63,364 nt of DNA, filler included, from Octopus bimaculoides (GCF_001194135.2; 8 parts of 6 records of this genome joined end to end with filler, not necessarily neighbours in it), one strand, 5' to 3'. Positions 38,320 to 53,252 are shown, counted from the first letter of the whole stretch. Notes: generated by a model not told the origin, from the sequence alone. Numbers and translations: made by a program.

Positions 38320-40650
38320 CATCATCATCATTGTTTAACGTCCGCTTTCCATGCTAGCATGGCTTGGACAATTTCACTGAAGACTGGTGAACCAGGTGGT
38401 TACACCAGGCTCCAATCTGATTTGGCAGAGTTTCTACAGCTGGATGCCCTTCCTAACGCTAACCACTCCGAGAGTGTCATGGATGCTTTTACGTGCACCG
38501 GCACGAAGGCCAGTCAGGCGGTACTGGCAACGGCCACGCTCAAAATGGTGTCTTTTACGTACCACCTGCATGGGAGCCAGTCCTGCGGCACTGGCAACGA
38601 TCTTGCTCGAATGTCTTTACACATGCCACATGCCAGGGCACAGGTGCCATCACGATTTTGCTTTCACTTGCCTCAACAGGTCTTCGCAAGCCGAGTTTCT
38701 GTGTCCAATGAAGGAGATGACGTTGGCATGGGTGCCATCCGTCGAAATTAGTTCGATTTCACTTGCCTCAACAGGTCTTCGCAAGCGGAGTTTAGTGTAC
38801 AACGTAGGAAGGTATGCATTCTGGCAGAGGCCTTGGATTTAGGTCTCACTTGGCTTGCCGGGTCTTCTCACACAGCATATTTCCGAAGATCTCGGTCAGA
38901 AGTCATTCCCTCGGTGAGGCCCAATGTTCAAAGGTCGTGTCTCACCACCTCATCCCAAGTCTTCCTGGGTCTACCTCTTCCACAGGTTCCCTCAACTGCT
39001 AGGGTGTGGCACTTTTTCACACAGCTATCCTCATCCATTCTTACCACATGCCCATACCAGCGCAAACGTCTCTCTTGCATACCACAGCTGATGCTTCTTA
39101 GGTTCAACTTTTCTCTCAATACACTCAGTCTAGTATGCACACTGATATTACACATCCATCGGAGCATACTGGCTTCATTTCATGTGACCCTACGCATGTC
39201 CTCAGCAGTTACAGCTCATGTTTCACTGCCACGAAGCATGGCTGTTCGTACACATGCGTCATACAGTCTGCCTTTTACCCTGAGTGAGAGACCCTTTGTC
39301 ACCAGCAGAGGTAAGAGCTCTCTAAACTTTGCTCAGGCTATTCTTATTCTAGCAGCTACACTTTCAGCGCACCCTCCCCCACTACTAACTTGGTCACAAA
39401 GATAGTGGAGGCTATCAACCACTTCTAGTTTTACTCCCTGGAATGTGGCAGAAGTTGTTTTCTGCACATTTACAGTGTTTATTGCTCCTGAACATCTGCT
39501 ACAAATGAACACTAACTTTCTAGTTAACCTTCCTTTGATATTGCTGCACCTCTTATGTGTCCATAGCTTACACTGGGTGCATCTTATAGAGTTCCTACCT
39601 ACACTTTTCTACAGATCGAGCTGGGCCATCTACCTGAAGGGGTTTGTGTTCTGTCTACCTTCCTACTTATTAGGACTTTGGTTTTAGCTAGGTTAACTCT
39701 AAGGCCCTTTGATTCTAGTCCTTGCTTCCACACCCGAAACTTCTCCTCTAGTTCTGATAATGACTCAGCAATTAGTACAAGGTCATCAGCATAGAGGAGC
39801 TCCCAGGGGCATCCTGTCTTGAATTCCTCTGTTATAGCCTGGAGGACTATGATAAATAGGAAGAGGCTGAAGACAGAACCTTGGTGGACCCCTATCTCTA
39901 CCTGGAATTCTTCACTGTACTCATTGCCAACCCTCACCTTACTAACAGCGTCTCTGTACATGGCACGCACAGCTCTCACTAACCATTCATCTATCCCTAG
40001 TTTCCTCATTGACCACCAGATGAGGGATCGGGGGACCCTGTCGAAGGCTTTCTCCATGTCAACGAAAGCCAGGTACAGAGGTTTATCTTTGGCTAGGTAT
40101 TTCCCCTGAAGCTGTCTTACCAGAAATATAGCATCAGTGGTGCTTTTCCCAGGCACGAACCCAAACTGCATCTCATCTAAACTGACTCGCTCCCTAATTA
40201 GTTGGGCTATAACCCTCTCCGTGCTTTTCATTACCTGATCTAAAAGCTTGATACTTCTGTAATTGTTTGTATCTAAAGCGTCACCTTTACCTTTGTAGCA
40301 GTTGACTATGGTGCTGCTACACCAGTCATTGGGTATGACTCCTTCATGTATCACCTGGTTAACAATACGGGTGACTAGCCAGATATTTTGAGCATCTCTG
40401 CAGTGATTCCAGATGGGCTGGGGGCCTTTCCTGACTTCATATTCTTAATTGCTCTATCTAACATGGTACTGTCAACTCGGATAGCTGGTCCCTCTGTTGG
40501 GTCGACATTCGGTAGACTCTCTTTCTCCCATTCATTCTCTTTATGGAGCAATCNNNNNNNNNNGACTCTCTTTCTCCCATTCATTCTCTTTATGGAGCAA
40601 TCTTTCGTAGTGGTGTCTCCAAACCTCTTTCTTTGCAGCCTCGTTTAGTG
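38320..40650 (-). mobile_element. RTE-clade LINE (RT to 3' tail)
   Basis: YLAFVDMEKAFDRVPR, GVHQGSVFSLFLF, YADDLVL, RRLRWYGHVVRM and GRGRPRKTWDEVV. The 251-aa ORF at 39599-40354 is largely intact. Confidence 0.95.
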
Positions 40651-40654
40651 CAAG

Positions 40655-42125
40655 CGTACCATGGAAACAAGGATTATAATCGAAGGGCCTTAGAGTCAAC
40701 CTAGCTAAAACCAAAGTCCTAATAAGTAGGAAGGCAGACAAACCACAAATCCCTTCAGATACATGGCCCTGCTCGATCTGTAGAAAAGGCGTAGGTAGAA
40801 ACTCTATAAGATGAACCCAGTGTAAGCTATGGATACATAAGAGGTGCAGCAGTATCAAATGAAGGCTAACTAGGAAGATAGTTTTTGTATGTGGCAGATG
40901 CTCAGGAGAAATAAAAACTGAAAATGTGCACAGAACAACTTCCGCCACATTCCAGGGAGAAAAACAAGAAGTAGTTGATAGCTTCCGTTACCTAGGTGAC
41001 CAAGTCAGTAGCAGGGGAGGGTGTCCTGAAAGTATAGCTGCTAGAATAAGAATAGCATGGGCAAAATTCAGAGAGCTCTTACCTCTGCTGGTGACAAAGG
41101 GTCTCTCACTCAGAGTAAAAGGTAGACTCTATGACGCATATGTACAAACAACCATGCTACATGGCAGTGAAACATGGGCCGTGACTGCTGAGGACATGTG
41201 TAAGCTTGCAAGGGATGAAGTCAATATGCTCCGATGGATGTGTAATGTCAGTGTGCATACTCGACAGAGTGTAAGTACTTTAAGTTGGACCTAAGAAGCA
41301 TCAGATGTGGTGTGCAAGACAGACAACTGCGCTGGTATGGTCATGTGGTGAGAATGGAACGAGGATAGCTGTGTGAAAAAGTGCCACATCCTAGCGATTG
41401 AGGGACCTTGTTGAAGAGGCAGGCCCAGGAAGACCTGGGATGTGGTGGTGAAGCATGACCTCCGAACATTAGGCCTCACCGAGGCAATGACTTGTGACCG
41501 TGACCTCTGGAAATATGCTGTGTGTGAGAAAACCCGGCAAGCCAAGTGAGACCAAAATCCAAGGCCTCTGCCAGGGATGTAGTCAGCCCACTTACGCGTA
41601 ACATTCCTTCATTGGACAATAAACTTCGCTTGCGAAGACATAGTGAGGCAAGTGAAATCGGAATCGAACTAAATTTATAGGAACACTAAACTCGGCTTGT
41701 GAAGACTTGTTGGGGCAAGCGAAAGCGAAATCGAGATGGCACCTTTACCAGTGTGACACGTAAATAGCACCAGCGTGATCGTTACCAATGTCGCCTCCTT
41801 GGCACTTGGAAATATGCTGTGTGTGAGAAGACCCGGCAAACCAAGTGAGACCATGACCCGTGGCCTATGCCAGGGGTGTAACCAGCCCACATATGCGTAC
41901 CTTTCCTTCATTAGACACTAAATTCTGCTTGCGAAGACCTGTTGAGGTAAGTGAAATTGAAATCAAACCAAATTCGCAATTTCAATGACTGGCACCCGTG
42001 CTAGTGGAGCGCTGAGAGCACTATCGAAGCTTGATCGTTGCCAGAGCAGCTGATTGGCTTCCATGCCAGTGGCACATAAAAAGCATTATTCGAGCGTGAT
42101 CGTTACTAGTGTCGCCTTAGTGGCA
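40655..42125 (+). mobile_element. Second RTE copy (post-RT C-terminal part and 3' tail), inverted relative to the first
   Basis: GLRVNLAKTKVLISRK, FRYLGDQV and MLHGSETWA, plus the same 3' tail as 38390-38900 in the opposite orientation. Confidence 0.9.
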
Positions 42126-42559
42126 CTTGCATATTGATATGTTTGCATGTCTGTATTTATGTGTTTTTGTGTATGTGTGTGTGTGTATGTGTATGTATGT
42201 TTACATTTGTGTGTGTGTGCCTCTGTCTCCTTGTGTGTGCATGTCTGAATGTGTGTGTGTGTGTGTTTTGCAACTATGTACCGTGTTTGTATGTATGGAT
42301 GTGCATCTCCATATGTGTGGACGTGTGTCTCCATATGTGGCCCTGTGTGAAGTAAAGTGTGTGTGTATAGATGGTCATGTGTTTCAGTCTTCATTTGCAT
42401 ATGTGTGCATGTCTGTTCATATAACCTATGTACCTATCCATTTGTACGGTGATCTGTTTACTTTCATATCCATAAGCTTACATACATGTGCATATACATA
42501 TGTATACATACACCCACATACATGTATCTACATAACAGCCCACTAACTATTCTATTCTA

Positions 42560-43885
42560 CCTGTGTAAACTGTGGGTATGGGGGCATGATATCTACTATG
42601 TATATTTCCTACTTAGTATTGGTGAAGTTTCATTTATGATGACATACTTCAGTATTTGTCTGAGTGATGAGTCCTTTGGATGCTTGGATAAGATGCGGGT
42701 GTCAAGTTGACCCTGGTTGCCATCATGTTAGTAGAGGACTGTTTTTTATTGTCATATTGTCTCAAATGTTCATTTAGTTGTTCCGCAATGCTCCTAGATG
42801 TCTCCCCCATGTATGTCATGCTCATGTCTTTACAAGCACCTTCTATGCATCTTATGCTGTAAACTAATTCTACATGCCATGCAGTTATCATTGGTGCATT
42901 TGGTATTCTCAAAGGGGTATGTCCTACACAGTTGTGATTTGACAGAGTTCCCTGCTACCATACAACTTTACAAAAGACTGTACCTACCCAGCTAATAGCC
43001 AGGAGCGACTCTGGATTTAATTATCCCTTAGAGGTATTAAACCCCTCTAATTGATACCTACACAACATATAACTTCCGGACTAAGATACTTTAGCCAGCA
43101 TCAATTAACCACACACTGGCAAAATGGAACAAATAACGATGGAAGCCTCTTTAAAAGATATACCCATTCCACCCAAAAATCTATATCTTAAAGAAGTCAT
43201 CAGTAAAATAACTGACTTCACCCACCGCTTCCGCTGGAAAGTCTTACATCATGACAGGGAAGCTAAACCCGAGTCACATAACCATCACAAGAAAAACGAA
43301 ATCACCAAAAGAGTATTCAAAGCTATGAAACAGCCACCTAGAGGCCTTTGAAAATTAACTCTGGGATACAATTAAGAGTCTAAAATTCAAGCGACACCCA
43401 CTAAGGAATAACAGCTACCACAAGAACCTAAAAGACATGCTATATAAGCTAAAATCATAGAACAGAATTATTGTTCACTCGGACAAAACTAGGAATTCTT
43501 ACACCCTGGAAGTCAACTTATACCACCAACTGCTACATAAGGAAATCAATAAAAGATATAAATTAGCACCAGATAGCACCTTAAGATCTATGAACTTAGC
43601 AGCCAAGGAAATTATGCCTTTTTTTAATAATAAGAATGTCAAGAAAAAGAAGTTGGTCTTGACTATATTCCATTGTAAATTGGATATGGTTGTTGACACT
43701 GTTGATTAAGTTTTTGAAATCAATGAGTTGGTTGAGTGTGTGGGACCACAGGATGAGGCAATCATCCAAGTAGTGTTTCCAATTCTCCAACAGGTATTTA
43801 TGGAAAGACAGGCCATATTTAGATTTGGATTCTTCACACATTTGTAATTCTAGGTAGGCCATCATCAGGTTGGCATAAGTAGGGG
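42560..43885. mobile_element. Scrambled Penelope-like fragments: GIY-YIG (minus, ~42560-43080), N-terminus (plus, ~43110-43640), RT (minus, ~43650-43885)
   Basis: LVYSIRC...YMGETSRSIAEQLNEH; SLKDIPIPPKNLYL...RFRWK; MAYLE...HYLDDC...IQFTMEY...LLFLD. Confidence 0.85.
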
Positions 43886-44879
43886 CGACTTTAGTGTGTG
43901 CTCACACACACACACCACCACCAGGACAATTAAAACAATACATACTCAGACAGAGACACACACACACATAATATCCCCACCAACACAAAACACACAAATA
44001 TGGTTGCTCATACACACATGCTTGCCACAAGGACAATTAAAACAACACAAACATACTCAGACAGACAGACAGACACACACTCATGTACACACACAGAACA
44101 TCCCCACCAACACAAAACACACAAACATACACATGCACACACACACAGATGCACACATACACACACGTGAACAAACACATACACACACATGTGCTCACAC
44201 AACACCCTGACAAATACCAATCACACACATACACACACCACTAGGACAATTATAACAACACAAACATACTCAGACAGACACACACACTCACGTACACACA
44301 CATATCATCCCCACCAACACAAAACACACAAACATACATACGCACCCACAGACGCACACATACATACACACATGTGCACACACAACACCCTAAGGAATAT
44401 TAATCACACACACATACCATCCTACCAAATATAAAACACACACAGACCCACAATAAACTCTGGAACCAATCAAAAACGACCCACACACACATAGAGACAT
44501 GAACAGAGACACACACACTCACACCATTCTGACCTCTAAAACCAGTCCCAAAAACCACTGAACCATGACAGACTAGCCCACAAACAAAAAAATCCTTTTA
44601 ATTCCACATTACTTTTCCTTCCCCCCCCCTCAACCAACCTCCCACACTGTCCTTTAAAATAGCAAACATTCCTTGGCTACACACAAGACAGAAAAAAATG
44701 TCAAAAAGACAGGTCAGTTCCTCTCCAATTTTTTGTAAATTCTTAAATATATCTCCTGTGTATATATATATATACTACCAAACAAACATGATTTTTATTG
44801 AACGCCTAATACTTTTTGTTGAATACTGTCTTGTAAACTGTTTTTAACATTTTCTTATTATCAAAGAATGTATATACAT

Positions 44880-45470
44880 AGGCGCAGAAGTGGCTGTGTG
44901 GTAAGTAGCTTGCTTACCAACCACATGGTTCCGGGTTCATTCCCACTGCGTGGCATCTTGGGCAAGTGTCTTCTACTATAGCCTCGGGACGACCAAAACC
45001 TTGTGAGTGGATTTGGTAGACGGAAACTGAAAGAAGCCCGTCGTATATATGTATATATATATATATATGTGTATATGTTTGCGTCTGTGTTTGTCCCCAA
45101 CATCGCTTGACAACCGATGCTGGTGTGTTTATGTCCCTGTAACTTAGCGGTTCGGCATAAGAGACCGANNNNNNNNNNGACGACCAAAACCTTGTGAGTG
45201 GATTTGGTAGACGGAAACTGAAAGAAGCCCGTCGTATATATGTATATATATATATATATGTGTATATGTTTGCGTCTGTGTTTGTCCCCAACATCGCTTG
45301 ACAACCGATGCTGGTGTGTTTATGTCCCTGTAACTTAGCGGTTCGGCATAAGAGACCGATAGAATAAGTACTAGGCTTCCAAAGAATAAGTCCTGGGGTC
45401 GATTTGCTCGACTAAAGGCGGTGCTCCAGCATGGCCGCAGTCAAATGACTGAAACAAGTAAAAGAGTATA
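44880..45470 (+). mobile_element. CORE-type SINE copy (internal duplication is an assembly overlap)
   Basis: Full tRNA-like head. Segment 44990-45168 is repeated after a 10-N gap. Confidence 0.85.
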
Positions 45471-45849
45471 TGTATTTTAATACTTTTGTGACAATACTTA
45501 ATACAACAAAGCTTATACAAAGCTTTACATTTTACTTTTGATAATCTTTTTCTAAAAAAGTGAATAAACATCTTAAAAATTGTCAAGTGAATAAATATCT
45601 TTAAAATTGCATTTTCAAACCTTCTTTCATATATATTTCCACTCGTGTGGTATCTTACAACTTTACTTTGTTATACACACACACACACATATATCTGACT
45701 TATCAAACCATCCAATGCATGGTAGAGTGTAGTGGGTGCTTCTTATATGCCACTGGCATGAGGGCCAGTCAGGCAGTACTGGCACTGATCACACTTAAAT
45801 GGTGCTTTTTACATGCCACCAGCACAGGAGCCAGATGAGAAGGGGATAT

Positions 45850-46095
45850 AGCATCATACAACGTGGAATACAATTGGAGATTTCTGCGGGACAACCTGTT
45901 GAGAGCCACAGACCAGATCTGTGGCTGGTGTAAAGTCCCCTCTCGACCCAGAGTAACGTGGTGGTGGAACAAGGATGTAGACGGGGCTATTAGACAAAAG
46001 AAACAGGCTTGGAAGGACTGGAAGAACGGTGGTAGCAGGAAATTGTACCAATCTGCCAGAAGGGAAGCTAGGCGACAGGTTTATTTAGCCAGAGG
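45850..46095 (+). mobile_element. RTE LINE fragment upstream of the RT domain
   Basis: TWWWNKDVDGAIRQKKQAWKDWKNGGSRKLYQSARREARRQV. Confidence 0.75.
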
Positions 46096-46631
46096 NNNNN
46101 NNNNNNNNNNNNNNNNNNNNNNNNNNNNNNNNNNNNNNNTTAATTAATTAANNNNNNNNNNNNNNNNNNNNNNNNNNNNNNNNNNNNNNNNNNNNTATAT
46201 ATATATATATATGTAATATATATATATGCAAAAATTTAGATTCAGATGAATAAGGATTTGATAAACTAGTTTATAAATTAAAACTGACCCCATAAAAATA
46301 AATAAAATCGGTGACAGGCAGAGTCTTCTTGATAATTTAGTAACTTCTATGCTGAAGTGGAGGCAGCATGTACTTTTGTCTATGTCCTTACTTTTTGGGT
46401 GATTTTTGGTATAATTATACTAATGTGTCCATTTGTTCTAATTCAATTAAATTATATGTATTTGTGCAGCTGAGGATTGCTCTGCATTTTAAATTAATGT
46501 AATGATTGCATTGTTCAATTAAATGGAACTGCATGAAACGATTGTACTGCATTACCTCTGGATATCCTTGTTGCTTATCTTGATTATAATATATATATGT
46601 ATATATGTGTTTATATATATATTTATGTGTG

Positions 46632-46664
<33 letters not shown>

Positions 46665-47981
46665 GTATATATATATAAGTATATATACATTTAAGAGTGA
46701 GCTGGCAAAGTCCTTAGCGTACCGGGCAAAATGCCTAACGGCATTTTATCTGTTTAAATCTCACCGCAGTCGGCTTTGGCTTTCATACACTAGGATCGAT
46801 GAAAGAAGTACCAGTCACACAATAGGGTCAATGTATGACGTACCCACATCCCCCAAATTTCAGGCCTTATACATATAGTAGTATAGATTCTACAAATAGT
46901 TAGTCCATACCTGAATTATTCCTTTCTGTTATATGCACACGATCTGCAATAGATGTATTAATAATGGTACACGTAAGTTATGTTGCTTTATGCAGTATTG
47001 TAGTGTGTTGCGCTGGTGTCGAAATGCAGTGTGTGCAATAGAGTATTATGTTTGATAGCTGCCATGTTTTCTGTGTAAAGATATCACTTTAGTGTTTACA
47101 TTGCACCCAATACGGTTGGGCACCGACCAATATCTGTACAATCTATTTATTTCCGTTATTGCTATGTAATTATCAGTTAAATCCAAAAGATGTTGACAGA
47201 ATAATGATAAAAAATGCTATTTGTATATATATATATATNNNNNNNNNNNNNNNNNNNNNNNNNNNNNNNNNNNNNNNNNNNNNNNNNNNNNNNNNNNNNN
47301 NNNNNNNNNNNNNNNNNNNNNNNNNNNNNNNNNNNNNNNNNNNNNNNNNNNNNNNNNNNNNNNNNNNNNNNNNNNNNNNNNNNNNNNNNNNNNNNNNNNN
47401 NNNNNNNNNNNNNNNNNNNNNNNNNNNNNNNNNNNNNNNNNNNNNNNNNNNNNNNNNNNNNNNNNNNNNNNNNNNNNNNNNNNNNNNNNNNNNNNNNNNN
47501 NTATATATATCTGTGTCTGTGTATGTGTGTATGTGTGTGTCTGTGTGTGTGTATGTGTGTGCGTGTGTTTGAGCTTGTGTGACTGTAATTCAATGTATGT
47601 GCATATGTGTGAGTTTGCACATGAACATTAAAGATAAGTATCTTTGGAACATAGCCTTCGGCTGTTTCTAATCACAACTAACTTACTGATCGAAGTCATG
47701 TGACATCTCACATGCTCAGACACACAGAAACCAGTCTAGCAGTTAACAAAATGTCTCTCTTTCTTGCCTGCTATCCCTCTTTGTCTGGCTCGATGCTTTT
47801 TTTTTTATGTGCGCAGATACACATAAGCACATTTACTCACACAAGTGCACACACATACACACACATACACAATCTCACACAAGATGCGTGCGTGGGTGAA
47901 GTATATGTCTGTTAAATAGGTGTCTGATTGTGGGCAGATGCGTGTCTGTGTATGGCTGTGTATGTATGTTGGCATGTATGC

Positions 47982-48023
<42 letters not shown>

Positions 48024-48598
48024 TATTAAGAATGGATGGCTCATCTTAATTAATTTCATGTCTAAATATTTGAGTCATACAATAAATGTATGATATATGT
48101 ACCTACATGGGCATGTACACACAGACACACACACACACACACACACATACTCACACACATACACGTACGGACACACACACGTGTGTGTGTATGGCTCTCT
48201 GTCTGAGCCTATGTACATATGCTAACATCGCAGAAATTGAAAACGAGGTAATCAAATACAAAAAAAGCACCAGAATATACTTAATATATTTTGTACGGTT
48301 GGTCTGCATTGGGGTAAAGATGCTTCCAACCTGTTGCGGATGTCTCTGTGTATGTGTATATGTGAGCATGACTATGTGAGTGTGTACTTGTGTGTGTGTG
48401 TGTGTGCACAGACGAATTCTATGAAGTGAACTGAAAGATAATATAGATTTAGTAGTATTTGATACGTAGACATAGGTATATATATAGATATGTAGATATG
48501 TAGATATAGATATGTAGATAGGTGTATTTTCATATATATATATGTGTGTCTGTGTTTGTATGTGTGTGAATGTATGTGTATATGTATATGTGTGTGTG

Positions 48599-48647
<49 letters not shown>

Positions 48648-49580
48648 NNNNNNNNNNNNNNNNNNNNNNNNNNNNNNNNNNNNNNNNNNNNNNNNNNNNN
48701 NNNNNNNNNNNNNNNNNNNNNNNNNNNNNNNNNNNNNNNNNNNNNNNNNNNNNNNNNNNNNNNNNNNNNNNNNNNNNNNNNNNNNNNNNNNNNNNNNNNN
48801 NNNNNNNNNNNNNNNNNNNNNNNNNNNNNNNNNNNNNNNNNNNNNNNNNNNNNNNNNNNNNNNNNNNNNNNNNNNNNNNNNNNNNNNNNNNNNNNNNNNN
48901 NNNNNNNNNNNNNNNNNNNNNNNNNNNNNNNNNNNNNNNNNNNNNNNNNNNNNNNNNNNNNNNNNNNNNNNNNNNNNNNNNNNNNNNNNNNNNNNNNNNN
49001 NNNNNNNNNNNNNNNNNNNNNNNNNNNNNNNNNNNNNNNNNNNNNNNNNNNNNNNNNNNNNNNNNNNNNNNNNNNNNNNNNNNNNNNNNNNNNNNNNNNN
49101 NNNNNNNNNNNNNNNNNNNNNNNNNNNNNNNNNNNNNNNNNNNNNNNNNNNNNNNNNNNNNNNNNNNNNNNNNNNNNNNNNNNNNNNNNNNNNNNNNNNN
49201 NNNNNNNNNNNNNNNNNNNNNNNNNNNNNNNNNNNNNNNNNNNNNNNNNNNNNNNNNNNNNNNNNNNNNNNNNNNNNNNNNNNNNNNNNNNNNNNNNNNN
49301 NNNNNNNNNNNNNNNNNNNNNNNNNNNNNNNNNNNNNNNNNNNNNNNNNNNNNNNNNNNNNNNNNNNNNNNNNNNNNNNNNNNNNNNNNNNNNNNNNNNN
49401 NNNNNNNNNNNNNNNNNNNNNNNNNNNNNNNNNNNNNNNNNNNNNNNNNNNNNNNNNNNNNNNNNNNNNNNNNNNNNNNNNNNNNNNNNNNNNNNNNNNN
49501 NNNNNNNNNNNNNNNNNNNNNNNNNNNNNNNNNNNNNNNNNNNNNNNNNNNNNNNNNNNNNNNNNNNNNNNNNNNATATA

Positions 49581-49629
<49 letters not shown>

Positions 49630-50254
49630 TGATATGTGTAAATTTTTTTTATATATGTCTATATGTATATATATTCATTAATTCGGGATAGCCAATTCTG
49701 TATGTAGAAAAACACAAATCATTGCAGTATATTAGGTGCCAGAATGATGGACATACAAAGCGACATGGTTTGAATAAACAGAGATTCATTAAAAGATTAA
49801 AGGATTGCTCACAAAAGGAACATGTCGTGTATATACTGGATATAAACAAAAGATGTTTTGGGAAACAAAAACAGACTTGTCGAAAAGACGTGGTATATGG
49901 AATTAATTGGAAATTTCGTCTTCATTTATCGTCTTGGAAAAACATGCAACAATAACCTATTGATTGTTGTAAAAATTGCCTTGTAGCATGACGGTTCGAC
50001 ATCGGCAAGACTGTTTCGATTTCGCAGTGAAATTTGTTCACTTATTTTATGCAGTTAATCTATGTATCTATCTATCTGTCTGTCTATCTGCCTCTGTCTC
50101 TGTCTCTGTCTGTCTCTCTCTCTGTCTCTGTCTGTCTGTCTGTCTGTCTCTCTCNNNNNNNNNNNNNNNNNNNNNNNNNNNNNNNNNNNNNNNNNNNNTT
50201 AATTAATTAANNNNNNNNNNNNNNNNNNNNNNNNNNNNNNNNNNNNNNNNNNNN

Positions 50255-50303
<49 letters not shown>

Positions 50304-51103
50304 ATGTATGTATTGAAAATTCCACTTTATAAGAAGCAATATCGTGCTTAGGATGGCATCATCTTCAACTTCAAAAACAACACTCTATTGTAAGATCAAT
50401 GATTTCTACACAAGTTCCAAGAATTTCCATTATTCAATAGAATAAAATTGAATGCAAAAAAAAAAGAAAAAAAGAACTTTTTTACAAGACACAAAAAATG
50501 GAAACAAAAGCCAAAAAAAAAACAATTAAAGTAACAACCAAACAACAACACACAAAATGAAAACTTTCCGAAAAGAAAAAAGCAATAATTCTGTGAATTG
50601 TGTTTTATTTGTGATGTGTTCTGCAATTTCTTTTTATAATTTCTATCTTCGTTTGCTTGCTTTGTTTTATTTTTATTAATCTCTTATCTAGACAACATAT
50701 CCTTCCTTGTGTGTTGTTTTAACTTTGTTTTTAGTTTTTCTTTTATAATTTATTTTTATTTGTTCTTGTTTTCAAATCTTTATCACTTTTATTTCTCTTC
50801 TCTGTTTACATCTATGGCAACTCAATTTCTCCAATCACTTTGGTTTAACATATCACATTGCCATCTATCAAAGTTTATCTCCTGTCTATGCCAGTTCTTT
50901 TAATTCTCAAACATCAGCTAATACCCTCTTTTGAATAAATCTGCAAACTTTTTGACAACCAAAATCTTTCCTCGCTGATTTTTAAGCTTCTATAAATGTT
51001 AGATTTTTTTCAGTACATATTTCTTACAGATCATATGATTATTATTGCTAGTAAACTGAAGAAAAAATGGTATTTCCTATATCGTTATTATTGATAATAA
51101 CAA

Positions 51104-51187
<84 letters not shown>

Positions 51188-51511
51188 GCGTGTCTTAACC
51201 ATACTAAGTTGATCAATTACTTCACTTGAAGAAAGCAAAATATGATTAAGAAATGAAATTAAAACTCAAAATAGTATAACTAGGTTCGATTCAAGTTAAC
51301 TGCTAAAGACCCAAGATGCTTTTGGTGTAAATTTCAGTGGCTCTTTGCAGTATTTAGCTTCGATGTCAGATCACTCCGTGTGTACAGAGATGAAGTCTAA
51401 AATCCAATACAACTGTAGCATTCAAACATGTAGCACTCAACATGTAGTAGTCATGACTAGACATGCTGTCTTACCTCGTTTTCATTTTCTATGTATTGGT
51501 ATGAAGATATT

Positions 51512-51548
51512 CTAAATATCTAATGTTTTATTCCAAAGCGTCTTAAGT
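51512..51548 (-). CDS. Unknown secreted protein, last coding exon (RLKTLWNKTLDI*)
   Basis: Acceptor tttttacaattctgtag| after a 115-nt intron. The phase 2 frame runs 11 codons to TAG. A consensus donor GAG|gtaaga follows 37 nt after the stop. Confidence 0.65.
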
Positions 51549-51663
51549 CTACAGAATTGTAAAAATGCTAATGGAAAAATTTTTAAACTCCAAAGAATTT
51601 CGAAGATCTCTTTCTGAGCTTTGACTTCAATGTGCAAATCTGACGTGAGATATATACACATAC

Positions 51664-51772
51664 CTGATTAGAAAGCTTGTACATGACTCGTTACTTTCCT
51701 TGATGAACTGTGCATTGTTGCTAAAATAATGATAACCAGGTGGGAGAATGGAGTAATCTATAACAATGTTCC
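51664..51772 (-). CDS. Unknown secreted protein, exon 4 (GNIVIDYSILPPGYHYFSNNAQFIKESNESCTSFLI)
   Basis: Acceptor ctgttttatttctgcgcag|, donor TCAG|gtatgt, 109 nt. Only the phase 1 frame is open, matching exon 3. Confidence 0.8.
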
Positions 51773-52055
51773 CTGCGCAGAAATAAAACAGAAACGTTTG
51801 CAGAAGTTTTGAGGACACATGGTAGCAACCCAATACTTTATCCTCTTAGCTATCTTGTTTCATGTTATATTTTATTCTAAAAAAGAGAAACAGTGTCTAA
51901 GACATTTGGTAACCCTCCCAAAGTGTACAGGTTGATGTCTGCAGTCAATATTTACCGCAAGCGACCGATAAGATTCTCGTGTACTTCATATTCCGTTTCC
52001 CTTGTTCATTAGACAGACAGACAGACAGACAGACAGACATCTAGATAGATAGATG

Positions 52056-52122
<67 letters not shown>

Positions 52123-53252
52123 GTTTGCAAGCAGGCAGAATCGTAAGCATTCCGGGCGAAATGCTAAGCACTATTCGCCTGTCTCTACATTCTGAGTTCA
52201 AATTCCGCCGGGGCCAACTTTGCTTTTCATTTGTTCGAGGTCGATGAAATATGTACCAGTCGAGCACTGGGGTCGATATAATCGACTTTACTACTCCTGA
52301 GTAAGAATATAAAAACTGCACTCCNNNNNNNNNNNNNNNNNNNNNNNNNNNNNNNNNNNNNNNNNNNNNNNNNNNNNNNNNNNNNNNNNNNNNNNNNNNN
52401 NNNNNNNNNNNNNNNNNNNNNNNNNNNNNNNNNNNNNNNNNNNNNNNNNNNNNNNNNNNNNNNNNNNNNNNNNNNNNNNNNNNNNNNNNNNNNNNNNNNN
52501 NNNNNNNNNNNNNNNNNNNNNNNNNNNNNNNNNNNNNNNNNNNNNNNNNNNNNNNNNNNNNNNNNNNNNNNNNNNNNNNNNNNNNNNNNNNNNNNNNNNN
52601 NNNNNNNNNNNNNNNNNNNNNNNNNNNNNNNNNNNNNNNNNNNNNNNNNNNNNNNNNNNNNNNNNNNNNNNNNNNNNNNNTATACATATGCATATATGCG
52701 ACGTGCGTATATGTATTTAGCAAAAGATTACATCCCCAATTATAACAATATAGATTTATGTACATGTATATAAGTGTGTGCATGCATATATATATATATA
52801 TATATGTACATATCATATATATTAGGAACACACACAAACACGCACACTCACACACACGCACTCACACACACTCACTCACGCACACATACACGCATACATG
52901 GAGAAGAATCAAATGAAATACTATTCACCAAACAACATCGCTGAAATCCTCACATTGATTTCGACGTCTGGGATTTATGTTCTTTGTCTTTTGTTTGGCT
53001 GAGTATTTTATACGTTCCACGGGAAAATGGTCAAACTTAGCCGGTAATTCTAAAATCCCCAATGAATTTCTATTATGAAGGGAGCAAACAGTTCCACCAC
53101 CACCACTAAATGAAAACTTCGTTCTGCCAAATATTTTACAACTTCAATCATTCGCTCAAGCAGTGAGTGTCAATTCTTCTTTGCAGTCTCCATTTCCTTC
53201 ACAAGTTGAGAATCGATACATTTACCTTTGTTTTTATGAAATTAAAGCTTAC

